Both the position numbers and the translations under genes were made by a program. From Nemertoderma westbladi (taxonomy: Eukaryota > Animalia > Xenacoelomorpha): DNA of 64,000 bases. The stretch is taken from the NCBI GenBank assembly GCA_032718475.1, contig JAUCBJ010009135.1:82626-146625 (forward strand), in the 5' to 3' direction. Below the pieces are notes generated by a model, which saw nothing but the letters and a program-made list of their open reading frames with translations, ran no database searches and had not been told where the DNA came from. Below are positions 39,001 through 49,142 of the stretch, one piece after another (positions within the stretch are counted from its first letter, which is position 1; the number at the start of each line of letters is the position of its first letter).

Positions 39001-41632
39001 GAGAGGTTCATTTATCCTGTACTACTGTATTAGCACTGTGGTGGTTGGAAGAGAGGTTCATTTATCCTGTACTACTGTATTAGCACTGTGGTGGTTGGAA
39101 GAGAGGTTCATTTATCCTGTACTACTGTATTAGCACTGTGGTGGTTGGAAGAGAGGTTCATTTATCCTGTACTACTGTATTAGCACTGTGGTGGTTGGAA
39201 GAGAGGTTCATTTATCCTGTACTACTGTATTAGCACTGTGGTGGTTGGAAGAGAGGTTCATTTATCCTGTACTACTGTATTAGCACTGTGGTGGTTGGAA
39301 GAGAGGTTCATTTATCCTGTACTACTGTATTAGCACTGTGGTGGTTGGAAGAGAGGTTCATTCATCCTGTACTACTGTATTAGCACTGTGGTGGTTGGAA
39401 GAGAGGTTCATTTATCCTGTACTACTGTATTAGCACTGTGGTGGTTGGAAGAGAGGTTCATTTATCCTGTACTACTGTATTAGCACTGTGGTGGTTGGAA
39501 GAGAGGTTCATTTATCCTGTACTACTGTATTAGCACTGTGGTGGTTGGAAGAGAGGTTCATTTATCCTGTACTACTGTATTAGCACTGTGGTGGTTGGAA
39601 GAGAGGTTCATTTATCCTGTACTACTGTATTAGCACTGTGGTGGTTGGAAGAGAGGTTCATTTATCCTGTACTACTGTATTAGCACTGTGGTGGTTGGAA
39701 GAGAGGTTCATTTATCCTGTACTACTGTATTAGCACTGTGGTGGTTGGAAGAGAGGTTCATTTATCCTGTACTACTGTATTAGCACTGTGGTGGTTGGAA
39801 GAGAGGTTCATTTATCCTGTACTACTGTATTAGCACTGTGGTGGTTGGAAGAGAGGTTCATTTATCCTGTACTACTGTATTAGCACTGTGGTGGTTGGAA
39901 GAGAGGTTCATTTATCCTGTACTACTGTATTAGCACTGTGGTGGTTGGAAGAGAGGTTCATTTATCCTGTACTACTGTATTAGCACTGTGGTGGTTGGAA
40001 GAGAGGTTCATTTATCCTGTACTACTGTATTAGCACTGTGGTGGTTGGAAGAGAGGTTCATTTATCCTGTACTACTGTATTAGCACTGTGGTGGTTGGAA
40101 GAGAGGTTCATTTATCCTGTACTACTGTATTAGCACTGTGGTGGTTGGAAGAGAGGTTAATTTATCCTGTACTACTGTATTAGCACTGTGGTGGTTGGAA
40201 GAGAGGTTCATTTATCCTGTACTACTGTATTAGCACTGTGGTGGTTGGAAGAGAGGTTAATTTATCCTGTACTACTGTATTAGCACTGTGGTGGTTGGAA
40301 GAGAGGTTCATTTATCCTGTACTACTGTATTAGCACTGTGGTGGTTGGAAGAGAGGTTCATTTATCCTGTACTACTGTATTAGCACTGTGGTGGTTGGAA
40401 GAGAGGTTCATTTATCCTGTACTACTGTATTAGCACTGTGGTGGTTGGAAGAGAGGTTCATTTATCCTGTACTACTGTATTAGCACTGTGGTGGTTGGAA
40501 GAGAGGTTCATTTATCCTGTACTACTGTATTAGCACTGTGGTGGTTGGAAGAGAGGTTCATTTATCCTGTACTACTGTATTAGCACTGTGGTGGTTGGAA
40601 GAGAGGTTCATTTATCCTGTACTACTGTATTAGCACTGTGGTGGTTGGAAGAGAGGTTCATTTATCCTGTACTACTGTATTAGCACTGTGGTGGTTGGAA
40701 GAGAGGTTCATTTATCCTGTACTACTGTATTAGCACTGTGGTGGTTGGAAGAGAGGTTCATTTATCCTNNNNNNNNNNNNNNNNNNNNNNNNNNNNNNNN
40801 NNNNNNNNNNNNNNNNNNNNNNNNNNNNNNNNNNNNNNNNNNNNNNNNNNNNNNNNNNNNNNNNNNNNTACTGTATTAGCACTGTGGTGGTTGGAAGAGA
40901 GGTTCATTTATCCTGTACTACTGTATTAGCACTGTGATAGTTGGAAGAGAGGTTCATTTATCCTGTACTACTGTATTAGCACTGTGGTGGTTGGAAGAAA
41001 GGTTCATTTATACTGTACTACTGTATTAACACTGGTGGTTGGAAGAGAGGTTCATTTATCCTGTACTACTGTATTAACACTGTGGTGGTTGGAAGAGAGG
41101 TTCATTTATCCTGTACTACTGTATTAGCACTGTGGTGGTTGGAAGAGAGGTTCATTTATCCCGTACTACTGTATTAGCACTGTGGTGGTTGGAAGAGAGG
41201 TTCATTTATCCTGTACTACTGTATTAGCACTGTGATAGTTGGAAGAGAGGTTCATTTATCCTGTACTACTGTATTAGCACTGTGATAGTTGGAAGAGAGG
41301 TTCATTTATCCTGTACTACTGTATTAGCACTGTGGTGGTTGGAAGAGAGGTTCATTTATCCTGTACTACTGTATTAGCACTGTGGTGCTTGGAAGAGAGG
41401 TTAATTTATCCTGTACTACTGTATTAGCACTGTGGTGGTTGGAAGAGAGGTTCATTTATCCTGTACTACTGTATTAGCACTGTGGTGGTTGGAAGAGAGG
41501 TTCATTTATCCTGTACTACTGTATTAGCACTGTGGTGCTTGGAAGAGAGGTTAATTTATCCTGTACTACTGTATTAGCACTGTGGTTGTTGGAAGAGAGG
41601 TTCATTTATCCTATACTACTGTATTAGCACTG
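21007..41632. repeat. Satellite array, 50-bp unit, ~410 copies (20.6 kb as assembled) with higher-order blocks
   Basis: Unit gaagagaggttcatttatcctgtactactgtattagcactgtggtggttg; variant-rich flanks and a homogeneous core at ~38200-40768; interrupted by an N gap. Confidence 0.99.
40769..40868. other. Assembly gap (100 N) inside the 50-bp satellite
   Basis: Run of exactly 100 n, a typical placeholder of unknown true length; the same satellite in the same orientation lies on both sides. Confidence 0.98.
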
Positions 41633-41708
41633 GCGGTGCAATTTTGTCGATAAGCCGGCACAGCATTCTTAAAAATGCAGCTGCAATGCAGCATGCCGAT
41701 CATAGTAG
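41633..41708 (+). mobile_element. Extremely 5'-truncated RTE (family A) insertion, 3' end only, with target-site duplication
   Basis: gcggtgcaattttgtcgataagccggcacagcattcttaaaaatgcagctgcaatgcagcatgccgatcatagtag matches 50942-51017 and the reverse complement of ~53848-53925; flanked by the direct repeat tactgtattagcactg (41617-41632 and 41709-41724). Confidence 0.88.
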
Positions 41709-41741
41709 TACTGTATTAGCACTGTGGTGGTTGGAGGAGAG

Positions 41742-42322
41742 GCAACGAGGCACAAGAGGAGGACGAGTATTGTGGGTAAGACTTTTGACTAACGGCAGAC
41801 AACTCGTTAATGGTACCCATATGCTAAAGGCATTGCTCACTTCATGCTGCGCGAAGACCCCACGAACGTTTAATCATATCATGTACGTACACCGATGATT
41901 TGGTGCTAATTTTACCATCTACAGTACAAAAGGTATGCAATTTTTGTTGAACAGATGTACTATATTCGGTAACAGCATCGATGTTTCGATGTCGTTATTT
42001 AATGCTAAAAAAAGTGCAACACTAATAGTCCGATCGCGTACTCAGTCAAAATGGGCATTTCCTAATTTTAAAATCAGTAACATGATTATTCCAGTAAAAG
42101 AGGCAATTAAATATCTTGGGCATATTATTACTGACACTATCAGATGACAAAGATATAGTAGACAATGTAGAAAGCTCTATTCGCAAGGTAATACAAGTTC
42201 GTGGGGTCTTCGCGCAGCACAAAGTGAGCAAAGCCTTTAGCATATGGGCACCATTAACGAGTTGTCTGCCGTTAGTCAGAAGTCTTCAACACAATACTCG
42301 TCCTCCCCTTGTGCCTCGTTGC
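41742..42322. repeat. ~126-bp inverted repeat arms (41742-41867 / 42197-42322) enclosing a LINE RT fragment
   Basis: Arms are imperfect reverse complements (gcaacgaggcacaag...gcgcgaagaccccacgaac / gttcgtggggtcttcgcgc...cttgtgcctcgttgc). The interior encodes degenerate YTDDLVLI..MQFLLNRC..FNAKKS..IKYLGHII. Confidence 0.85.
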
Positions 42323-42677
42323 GTTCGTTCGTTTTTAACGAAACTTCAGATTCTTTCTAAACTTTTGCCGGACTACATACGTACCAGGTTTCGTTTAATT
42401 TCATCAAGGAATAACCGAGTTATTAGCGTTCAAAAATTTACGACGACGACAGACGACGATGACAGACGATGACGACGACGACAGACAACTCGCCAATGGC
42501 ACCCATATGCTAAGGCTTCGCTCACTTTCTGGCTCGCCCCACAGTAGGTAATGCGACATAGGCCCACCATATGCCACCCGATCTGCGATCCACTATGCGC
42601 CGGTTTTATAGTAGGTACCTTCCACTAGTAGGTAGTAGGTGATGGGGCATGAATGTAAAATAACATTACAATCTATA

Positions 42678-43170
42678 ACACTACTACTGTACTACTACTA
42701 GGTCGAGTGTGCTCGGACAGTGGAAATGAGATCCTTCCAGGCGTCCCGATTCTACTACTGTACTACTACTAGGTCGAGCGAGCTCGGACAGTGGAAATGA
42801 GATCCTTCCAGGCGTCCCGATTCTACTACTGTACTACTACTAGGTCGAGCGAGCTCGGACAGTGGAAATGAGATCCTTCCAGGCTTCCCGATTCTCCAAC
42901 TACTACTAGGTCGAGCGAACTCGGACAGTGGAAATGAGATCCTTCCAGGCTTCCCGATTCTCCAATTACTACTACTAGGTCGAGCGAACTCGGACAGTGG
43001 AAATGAGATCCTTCCAGGCGTCCCGATTCTACTACTGTACTACTACTAGGTCGAGCGAGCTCGGACAGTGGAAATGAGATCCTTCCAGGCTTCCCGATTC
43101 TCCAACTACTACTAGGTCGAGCGAACTCGGACAGTGGAAATGAGATCCTTCCTGGCTTCCCGATTCTCCA
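42678..43170. repeat. Tandem array of ~62-69-bp units (~7 copies), probably the core of a non-autonomous element
   Basis: Unit actactactaggtcgagcga(g/a)ctcggacagtggaaatgagatccttccaggc(g/t)tcccgattct. Flanked by (gac)n/(gaca)n/(gacg)n microsatellites at ~42440 and ~43280. Single diverged copies of the core occur at ~11605-11650 (+) and ~52270-52305 (-). Confidence 0.85.
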
Positions 43171-44260
43171 TAGTTGTCGAAATTTCGTTCCTCTCAAGGT
43201 CAGTATCTACTACTTACCTTTTAAATTTGGTTTAATTCCGAGACAGCGATGCCGAGAAATTCGCGTTCAAACATTTACCAGACAGACAGACGGACGGACG
43301 GACGCACCATTTGCCCAATATAAACCGTATAACAAGGCTCGCGTCTCGCCCCACTATACACTTAGCCAAAGCGAGGCAAGTCAAATAGACGAGAAATGCT
43401 CTCGTTTAATGTCTACTGAACGCATCACGCGTCTACTGAAAATGACTGATATATATGTAATTTTATAAAATTAGTTATTATTATAAGAAATATAAATATT
43501 TATATCCGATGAAATGCAGTTTATTGGAAGAAATACCATTGTAATGCCATTGGAAGCGTTTCCAATAGGACAAATAATTGTCAGCGGGAAAATCTTTCAG
43601 AAAAGTACACATGTAGTCTGGCAAAATTTGAGAAATTTTCCAAGTAGAATTTAAACTAGCTAAATTAATTGCACTTTGAAATTATATAACTGGAATCCCC
43701 ATAACCCCATTATATTACAGTTTTTGCGTTTAAGATATTTGTTTTTATTAATAGATATAAACATTATTAACTTAATAAAATTCCCCTTCTCTACCTACAC
43801 GCTCTTGCAGCCTGTCCACCGTGCACCCTTGAGCAGTGGTTCTATCGCCATTAATAAAAAATACATGCCGGTCTTATTGGATAATGAGCATCACCTTGCG
43901 CTTGATTTAATTGGACTAAACTATCTATTAATTTACAAATGTTTACAAATTTATTTCAATCCCATTTTATTTGAAGTGGAAATTTATTTTATTACGTGTC
44001 TCATAAAGGCAAAATTTAATTATTAGCTTTTGGCACATTTACTAATTAAACTGATTAACTATTTCTTAAATAATATCTTAATTACATAAATTAGTTAACA
44101 CTTAGAGAAACTACCCATCAAAGAGTATCCAATTCAATAATTCAGTATTTCCAACGCCATAATAATATCCTTGTATAATACAATAACTGTACTAACTTGT
44201 AATACTATGCCTACATATGTTAGTCATCGTAAATACTGCATTCAATGTACAATGAATTCT

Positions 44261-44266
44261 TTTATT
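44261..44266 (-). terminator. Candidate polyadenylation signal AATAAA of the caspase-WD40-FN3 gene
   Basis: tttatt on the + strand, ~50 nt downstream of the stop at 44319; the AT-rich context lowers specificity. Confidence 0.35.
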
Positions 44267-44318
44267 TTTACAAGCAAACTATACATAGTTATTATTCATA
44301 GCGCATATAGAATATTAT

Positions 44319-47300
44319 CTAGACTGATATAAATGTGAAATCACTGTCTGAGTCTCCAAGTCCTTCTATCACAGATGATGACATCCCTGATTGTACATAT
44401 AGCCTCATTGTTGATATGCAGACATTAATCGCTGCATATTTCTTTGTTGTTTGTTTTATTAGAATTAACTTATTATATGGACTCTCCGATTTGAATATTT
44501 TGTAATAGCTAACATCACATTCTGGTTTATCCCATCTCAAAACTAATTTACCTTGTGGGAACTCCATGTGCTCTATTGTTAAATTGGATGGCTTTAGTGG
44601 CTTTGCAATAAATTGAATGAAAGTCTTTCTGCTAAACTTATCAAGAAACTTGTTGTATGCACATATATTTATAGTGTATACGTGTGAGGGAGCAGTTATG
44701 AATGTGACATGGTTACATTCAATATCAACAACACTTTTTACTTTTGTTTTGGTAGTAAAGCAGTAAATTTCTGCAGTATTATTCACTTGTGAAGATTCGC
44801 CAGTCGGTTTCGCTTGTTGCCAAATGATTTTAGCATTTTGTGTAATACCACCATCATTAGAGTATTCCTCAACCACAGCGTTATAAGGACGCTTTATTTC
44901 TCGTGCAAATCGAATTGTATCTGTATAGGCAATTTCATCTCCATTACTATTCCCAAATCGAACCTCATATACAGTTTCATAGTCATCGAAGTAACTTTCA
45001 AGATTTCTGGTTTCACATCCATTAGTTGCAATAGGTACAGGGCTTATAGTTTTCCATTCCAACTCCCCCTGAGAACGGTACTGTAATATGTATTCAACAA
45101 CTGCCCACGTCGATTTTTTCCATTTTGCAAACACTTTTCCATCTACTTCTATAATTTCAAAATTATCAGGTTGACCGGGCTTTGTAATAAATTCAAGTGT
45201 TACCGCTCTGCCTTTTACATCATTTTCACCGACAGGAATTAATTTAGCTGTATATTTAGTACCTGGTTGAAGGTTTGTTAATGAATATGACTTACAAGGG
45301 AATATGATATATTCGTTGGTTCTCTCGTCAATGATTTCTATATTTACCCCTTTGTAATACCCAGTATTATATTCCCATTGAATGACACAAGATTCCTTGG
45401 TAAGGTCACAGACATAAACATTATCTACAGGAGCAGGCGGAAGGGTAAGCATCTTATTAACATGCTGCCCTTCTTTCATATTATCTTCTGCATGCCAAGC
45501 CAAGCACGAAACACCAACCTTATAACAGTAACCAGGTTCAATTTGTGATAAATTTATTCTGCATTTATTTTCTGTATCTTCCAGTTGAAGAGTTTGTGAC
45601 AGTGGTTCTTCATGAAGCTTACTAACATAGACATTAAAGTGAGAATAATATGAATTCCGATCATTTGGCTTCCGCCATTCTAACTCAATTACTTTTGATG
45701 CAATAAATCTGAGTTGTAGCTCTTTAGGGATTGGTGGTTCTTCGATAAACTCAAAGTCACAATAATTTTTCTTTACATATGTTTTTCCAGTTATGCTATT
45801 AGTTCTATATACCGTCTCAACTCGATATATTGATAGAATTCCACGTGCGGCGTCATTGTAAGTAAATGTTGTTGTATCACTGGATAACCTTGAAGCTGTA
45901 GAAATTATTTGTAAATTTTCACCCTTAGATCCATGATAGATATTATAGTACGATATTTGACAATCTGGAGTGATCCACTTCAAATTTGTTTTTAATGTTC
46001 CATTAGTTGAACTAAATTTTAAATCTTTTACAGGCAGTGGTGAAGACAAGGCTATATGTTCTAAACCTTGACTGAATGCCCCTGATGAACTCACAGAAAA
46101 CACTACCAGCTTGTATAATGTTGATGGTATAACATTTAATTCATATGTTGGATCTGATGTGATTATGTTTTCTGATATTTTCTGATATTCTTTCCCATTT
46201 ATATGTAATCTGAAAACATCGATGCTGTAATGATCACATAATCCCTTAGTTGGTTTCTCCCAGGTAAATGTTATACTTTTATTTTCAGGTTGTGACGAAA
46301 TATTAGTCATCTCAGATATATTACAAGGTGGATTAGGGTTGCAATCAACATGCATGATATCCGAATATTCTATATTACCATATTGAGACAGTGCTCCTAC
46401 ACTTATATCATAAGAGCTACCAGGTGTCAAATATTTATACAATTCTAAATTATGGATTCTTGTTGTAGAGATATCTTTTTTATTTTCTGTACCATCCTCT
46501 GTTATATATTTAAATATGTAGTTTTTAACTTTCCATTTCTGTTGTTTCAACTGGAGAATATTATTTTCAATTCTTATTATTGGGGCAGATGCATTGGTAT
46601 TAAATTCAACATTATTACTTTTGTCACTTTCTTTGTTATATTCTCCAACTGTCGTCATGTATAATATATACTGAGTTCCTGGAGATAAATCATCTATTAT
46701 AAAATATTTAGAGTTCACATTATCAATATTTATATTAATTAATTTAATATTTTGTGATTCTTTTTCTTTAAAATATATATAAACTCCAAGAACCATTGAA
46801 TCGCTATACTCCCACGATATTCTACATGATGTTGCTGAGATATTATCAACAATGATGTTTAAAGGACATATTGATTTCAGATAAAAGGTTCCAACAACTG
46901 AATGTTCACTTTCAACTTCATCCATACCTCTGTATTTTGAGATACTTGTTACAAACCACTTGTATATTAGTCCTGGTCTTAGATCATCTAATGAATATTT
47001 ACTAGGGTATTGTTTTTCTGCATATAGAACCACTAATGGGAAGAATGCGGACATGCTACCTGGTTTAACACAAATCATTTGATGGGTAAACATTCCCTTT
47101 GAAAGAGTCCATGTTAAGTCATAGCTATGAGTATCACATATTACTTGCTGGCTATTTAATTGAGGTTTACATGGTTTGGTTACAACCCTTTGTACAACTC
47201 TGTTAGTCAATATTTCTCTACTTCCAGAATCAAATGCTGATATTGATATTCCATACAATATTCCTGGATTTAAACCCTCTATAGTGTATTCCTTAGTTCC

Positions 47301-49136
47301 TCCATCAATGATGTTAAAAATTTCTTCATTGTTACTTGTATAAATTTCGTTAAATTTCAGTTTATATTCAGTAACTTGAATGGATGTATTTCTAAAGTTT
47401 AAAGTTATTGTTGTAGTTGTTGAGCCTGATATAACCACATGATTTTTTTGTTTCACTGGTGATACTATGCTATTCAATTTGGAATTAGATTCTATCGTTT
47501 TTTCAATATCATATTCTTTAACAAGATTATTGCTCCACGAATTTAGGAGTTTATTTCCCCCAAATTCTATATTGTTGAGATTTACCCTCCCTTCTGCCTT
47601 AATTGAACGAATTGATATGCCAGTATTTACTTCCAACACCTTTATTATTGACCCTCCTCCAATAGCAACTAGATTTCCTTTCTCATGTACAGTAATACAG
47701 GTTGCGCTAATATTTGATTTCCACATCAATTTTCTGCATTCTACATCATAACAATAAACCGACGTGTGTCCATCACTCGATGAGATAATGTATCTCCCAT
47801 CAGGTGTCCATTTGATACTCAGCACAGCCATATTATGATAGGAGTGAGTGTCTAACCATTGTGGTTCTTGGATTGGCACTCCATCTACTTTCCAGATTTT
47901 GATTAGTCTATCTTTAGAACAGGAGGCGAGTTTGCTCCCATCAGGTGAGTACATAATATCGAGTACTGCCTTGTCATGGGACTTCCAAATCTGATTTTTG
48001 ATCTCCGGGTGAAGATGTATAATTGTACTACTCCCATCAGAGTAACATGTCGCAATATTGGAATGATTTGATGGGTGGAATATAATTCTGTGAAGTTTGG
48101 AGGAAGGAAATCTCAGTGAACTTTTTGAAATATTGAATATAACCTCCCAGATGTCATTTAGATTCCATACCAGTATTCGGCAATCCTGTGTACAAGCCGC
48201 TATTCTCTGGCCATTGTGTGAAATGGCGCAATTCGTTACATAAGTTACTCCACCTGGGATAGGTAGATTATCTACCAAATTTCGAGAACATTTACTAAAT
48301 ATTCCAATTCCGTTTGGGCCACAAGTCAAGTAACGCAGCTTATCTGGGAAGTAGTGAACCTCATCTGAATGGATATCGAGATTAAATACAGAAAGTGTTT
48401 GAACAAAGTCAATAAAATTTAAAGATTGCAATAAATTATCAATTACTACTGGTTGTGACGTCATATTGTTTCCATACCTAATAGGTTCAATTTTTAATTT
48501 ACTAAATAGAGAAGTCTTTATGTCTCCATAAGTGTGAGTCTTTAGAATAGTATCGATGGTGCCGCACACAAGATTTACGAATGGAGAGCCCTGATTGCTG
48601 TAGAGAGGGAGTTTTTCACCTGGACTACATCCCATCGCTACTGCAATGTGGTTAAACATTGGATAATTGAGATTTATATAGTTCTCATTCATGTCAGTAG
48701 ATGTTGTTTTTCCTTGACAAGCTTCAATGAAGATGACACGAGGTTTTGGTGGGTTATTTAGAGACAAACATTCATTGGCAAATTTTCTGACGATGTCTTT
48801 TATGATAATTTCTTGCTCATCAGAACAAATGATTGCTCCATATGTTCCATGACCCAAGATAAAAATAAAAAGACATTCAATTTCTCTAAGCATTGTTTGG
48901 TTGCGAAAATCATCCAGGCCATTTATCATATTACTGCGAGTAATTGTGCCATTAAGATGAGGTAAAAAGTGGACTATTTTGCAGCCTAACCCATTTCCAA
49001 ATACCCTATTTATGAAATCAACATCGTGTTTGGAACCAGGATGTCTTGAATTGTCCTTGTAATCCGTGATGTTAACAATCAAACATATCTTGAGACCTTC
49101 TTTGGAAATTTGATATGGATTCTCAGATGCAGCCAT
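44319..49136 (-). CDS. Caspase-like (peptidase C14) domain + WD40 repeats + ~11 FN3 repeats, 1605 aa
   Basis: Caspase: CLIVN..RHPGSKHD..FIFILGHG (H96)..KPRVIFIEACQG (C140)..SPGE..GSPFV..SQP. WD40 (aa ~290-545): HDKAVLDIMYSPDGSKLASCSKDRLIKIW, HNMAVLSIKWTPDGRYIISS. FN3: IEGLNPGILY, LDDLRPGLIY, IDDLSPGTQY, LTNLQPGTKY. No evident signal peptide or TM segment. Confidence 0.93.
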   Translation of the reverse strand: MAASENPYQISKEGLKICLIVNITDYKDNSRHPGSKHDVDFINRVFGNGLGCKIVHFLPHLNGTITRSNMINGLDDFRNQTMLREIECLFIFILGHGTYGAIICSDEQEIIIKDIVRKFANECLSLNNPPKPRVIFIEACQGKTTSTDMNENYINLNYPMFNHIAVAMGCSPGEKLPLYSNQGSPFVNLVCGTIDTILKTHTYGDIKTSLFSKLKIEPIRYGNNMTSQPVVIDNLLQSLNFIDFVQTLSVFNLDIHSDEVHYFPDKLRYLTCGPNGIGIFSKCSRNLVDNLPIPGGVTYVTNCAISHNGQRIAACTQDCRILVWNLNDIWEVIFNISKSSLRFPSSKLHRIIFHPSNHSNIATCYSDGSSTIIHLHPEIKNQIWKSHDKAVLDIMYSPDGSKLASCSKDRLIKIWKVDGVPIQEPQWLDTHSYHNMAVLSIKWTPDGRYIISSSDGHTSVYCYDVECRKLMWKSNISATCITVHEKGNLVAIGGGSIIKVLEVNTGISIRSIKAEGRVNLNNIEFGGNKLLNSWSNNLVKEYDIEKTIESNSKLNSIVSPVKQKNHVVISGSTTTTITLNFRNTSIQVTEYKLKFNEIYTSNNEEIFNIIDGGTKEYTIEGLNPGILYGISISAFDSGSREILTNRVVQRVVTKPCKPQLNSQQVICDTHSYDLTWTLSKGMFTHQMICVKPGSMSAFFPLVVLYAEKQYPSKYSLDDLRPGLIYKWFVTSISKYRGMDEVESEHSVVGTFYLKSICPLNIIVDNISATSCRISWEYSDSMVLGVYIYFKEKESQNIKLININIDNVNSKYFIIDDLSPGTQYILYMTTVGEYNKESDKSNNVEFNTNASAPIIRIENNILQLKQQKWKVKNYIFKYITEDGTENKKDISTTRIHNLELYKYLTPGSSYDISVGALSQYGNIEYSDIMHVDCNPNPPCNISEMTNISSQPENKSITFTWEKPTKGLCDHYSIDVFRLHINGKEYQKISENIITSDPTYELNVIPSTLYKLVVFSVSSSGAFSQGLEHIALSSPLPVKDLKFSSTNGTLKTNLKWITPDCQISYYNIYHGSKGENLQIISTASRLSSDTTTFTYNDAARGILSIYRVETVYRTNSITGKTYVKKNYCDFEFIEEPPIPKELQLRFIASKVIELEWRKPNDRNSYYSHFNVYVSKLHEEPLSQTLQLEDTENKCRINLSQIEPGYCYKVGVSCLAWHAEDNMKEGQHVNKMLTLPPAPVDNVYVCDLTKESCVIQWEYNTGYYKGVNIEIIDERTNEYIIFPCKSYSLTNLQPGTKYTAKLIPVGENDVKGRAVTLEFITKPGQPDNFEIIEVDGKVFAKWKKSTWAVVEYILQYRSQGELEWKTISPVPIATNGCETRNLESYFDDYETVYEVRFGNSNGDEIAYTDTIRFAREIKRPYNAVVEEYSNDGGITQNAKIIWQQAKPTGESSQVNNTAEIYCFTTKTKVKSVVDIECNHVTFITAPSHVYTINICAYNKFLDKFSRKTFIQFIAKPLKPSNLTIEHMEFPQGKLVLRWDKPECDVSYYKIFKSESPYNKLILIKQTTKKYAAINVCISTMRLYVQSGMSSSVIEGLGDSDSDFTFISV

Positions 49137-49142
49137 TGCTTG

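Noticed and set aside
21353-40929. Repeated 63-66 aa ORFs (MVVGREVHLS...)
   Set aside because: They arise where indel variants of the 50-bp satellite shift stop codons.
12453-41632. CRISPR-like appearance of the regular arrays
   Set aside because: Units are head-to-tail with no unique spacers, there are no cas genes, and the context is eukaryotic.
21007-41632. G-quadruplex or Chi-like role of gtggtggttggaagagagg
   Set aside because: Only GG runs, no exact Chi match, and nothing in the sequence supports a function.
44319-49136. Assignment to a named gene (Apaf-1, MALT1, receptor PTP) or to bacterial contamination
   Set aside because: There is no NB-ARC, death/Ig or phosphatase domain; the caspase motifs look animal-type and the gene is embedded among eukaryotic retroelements.
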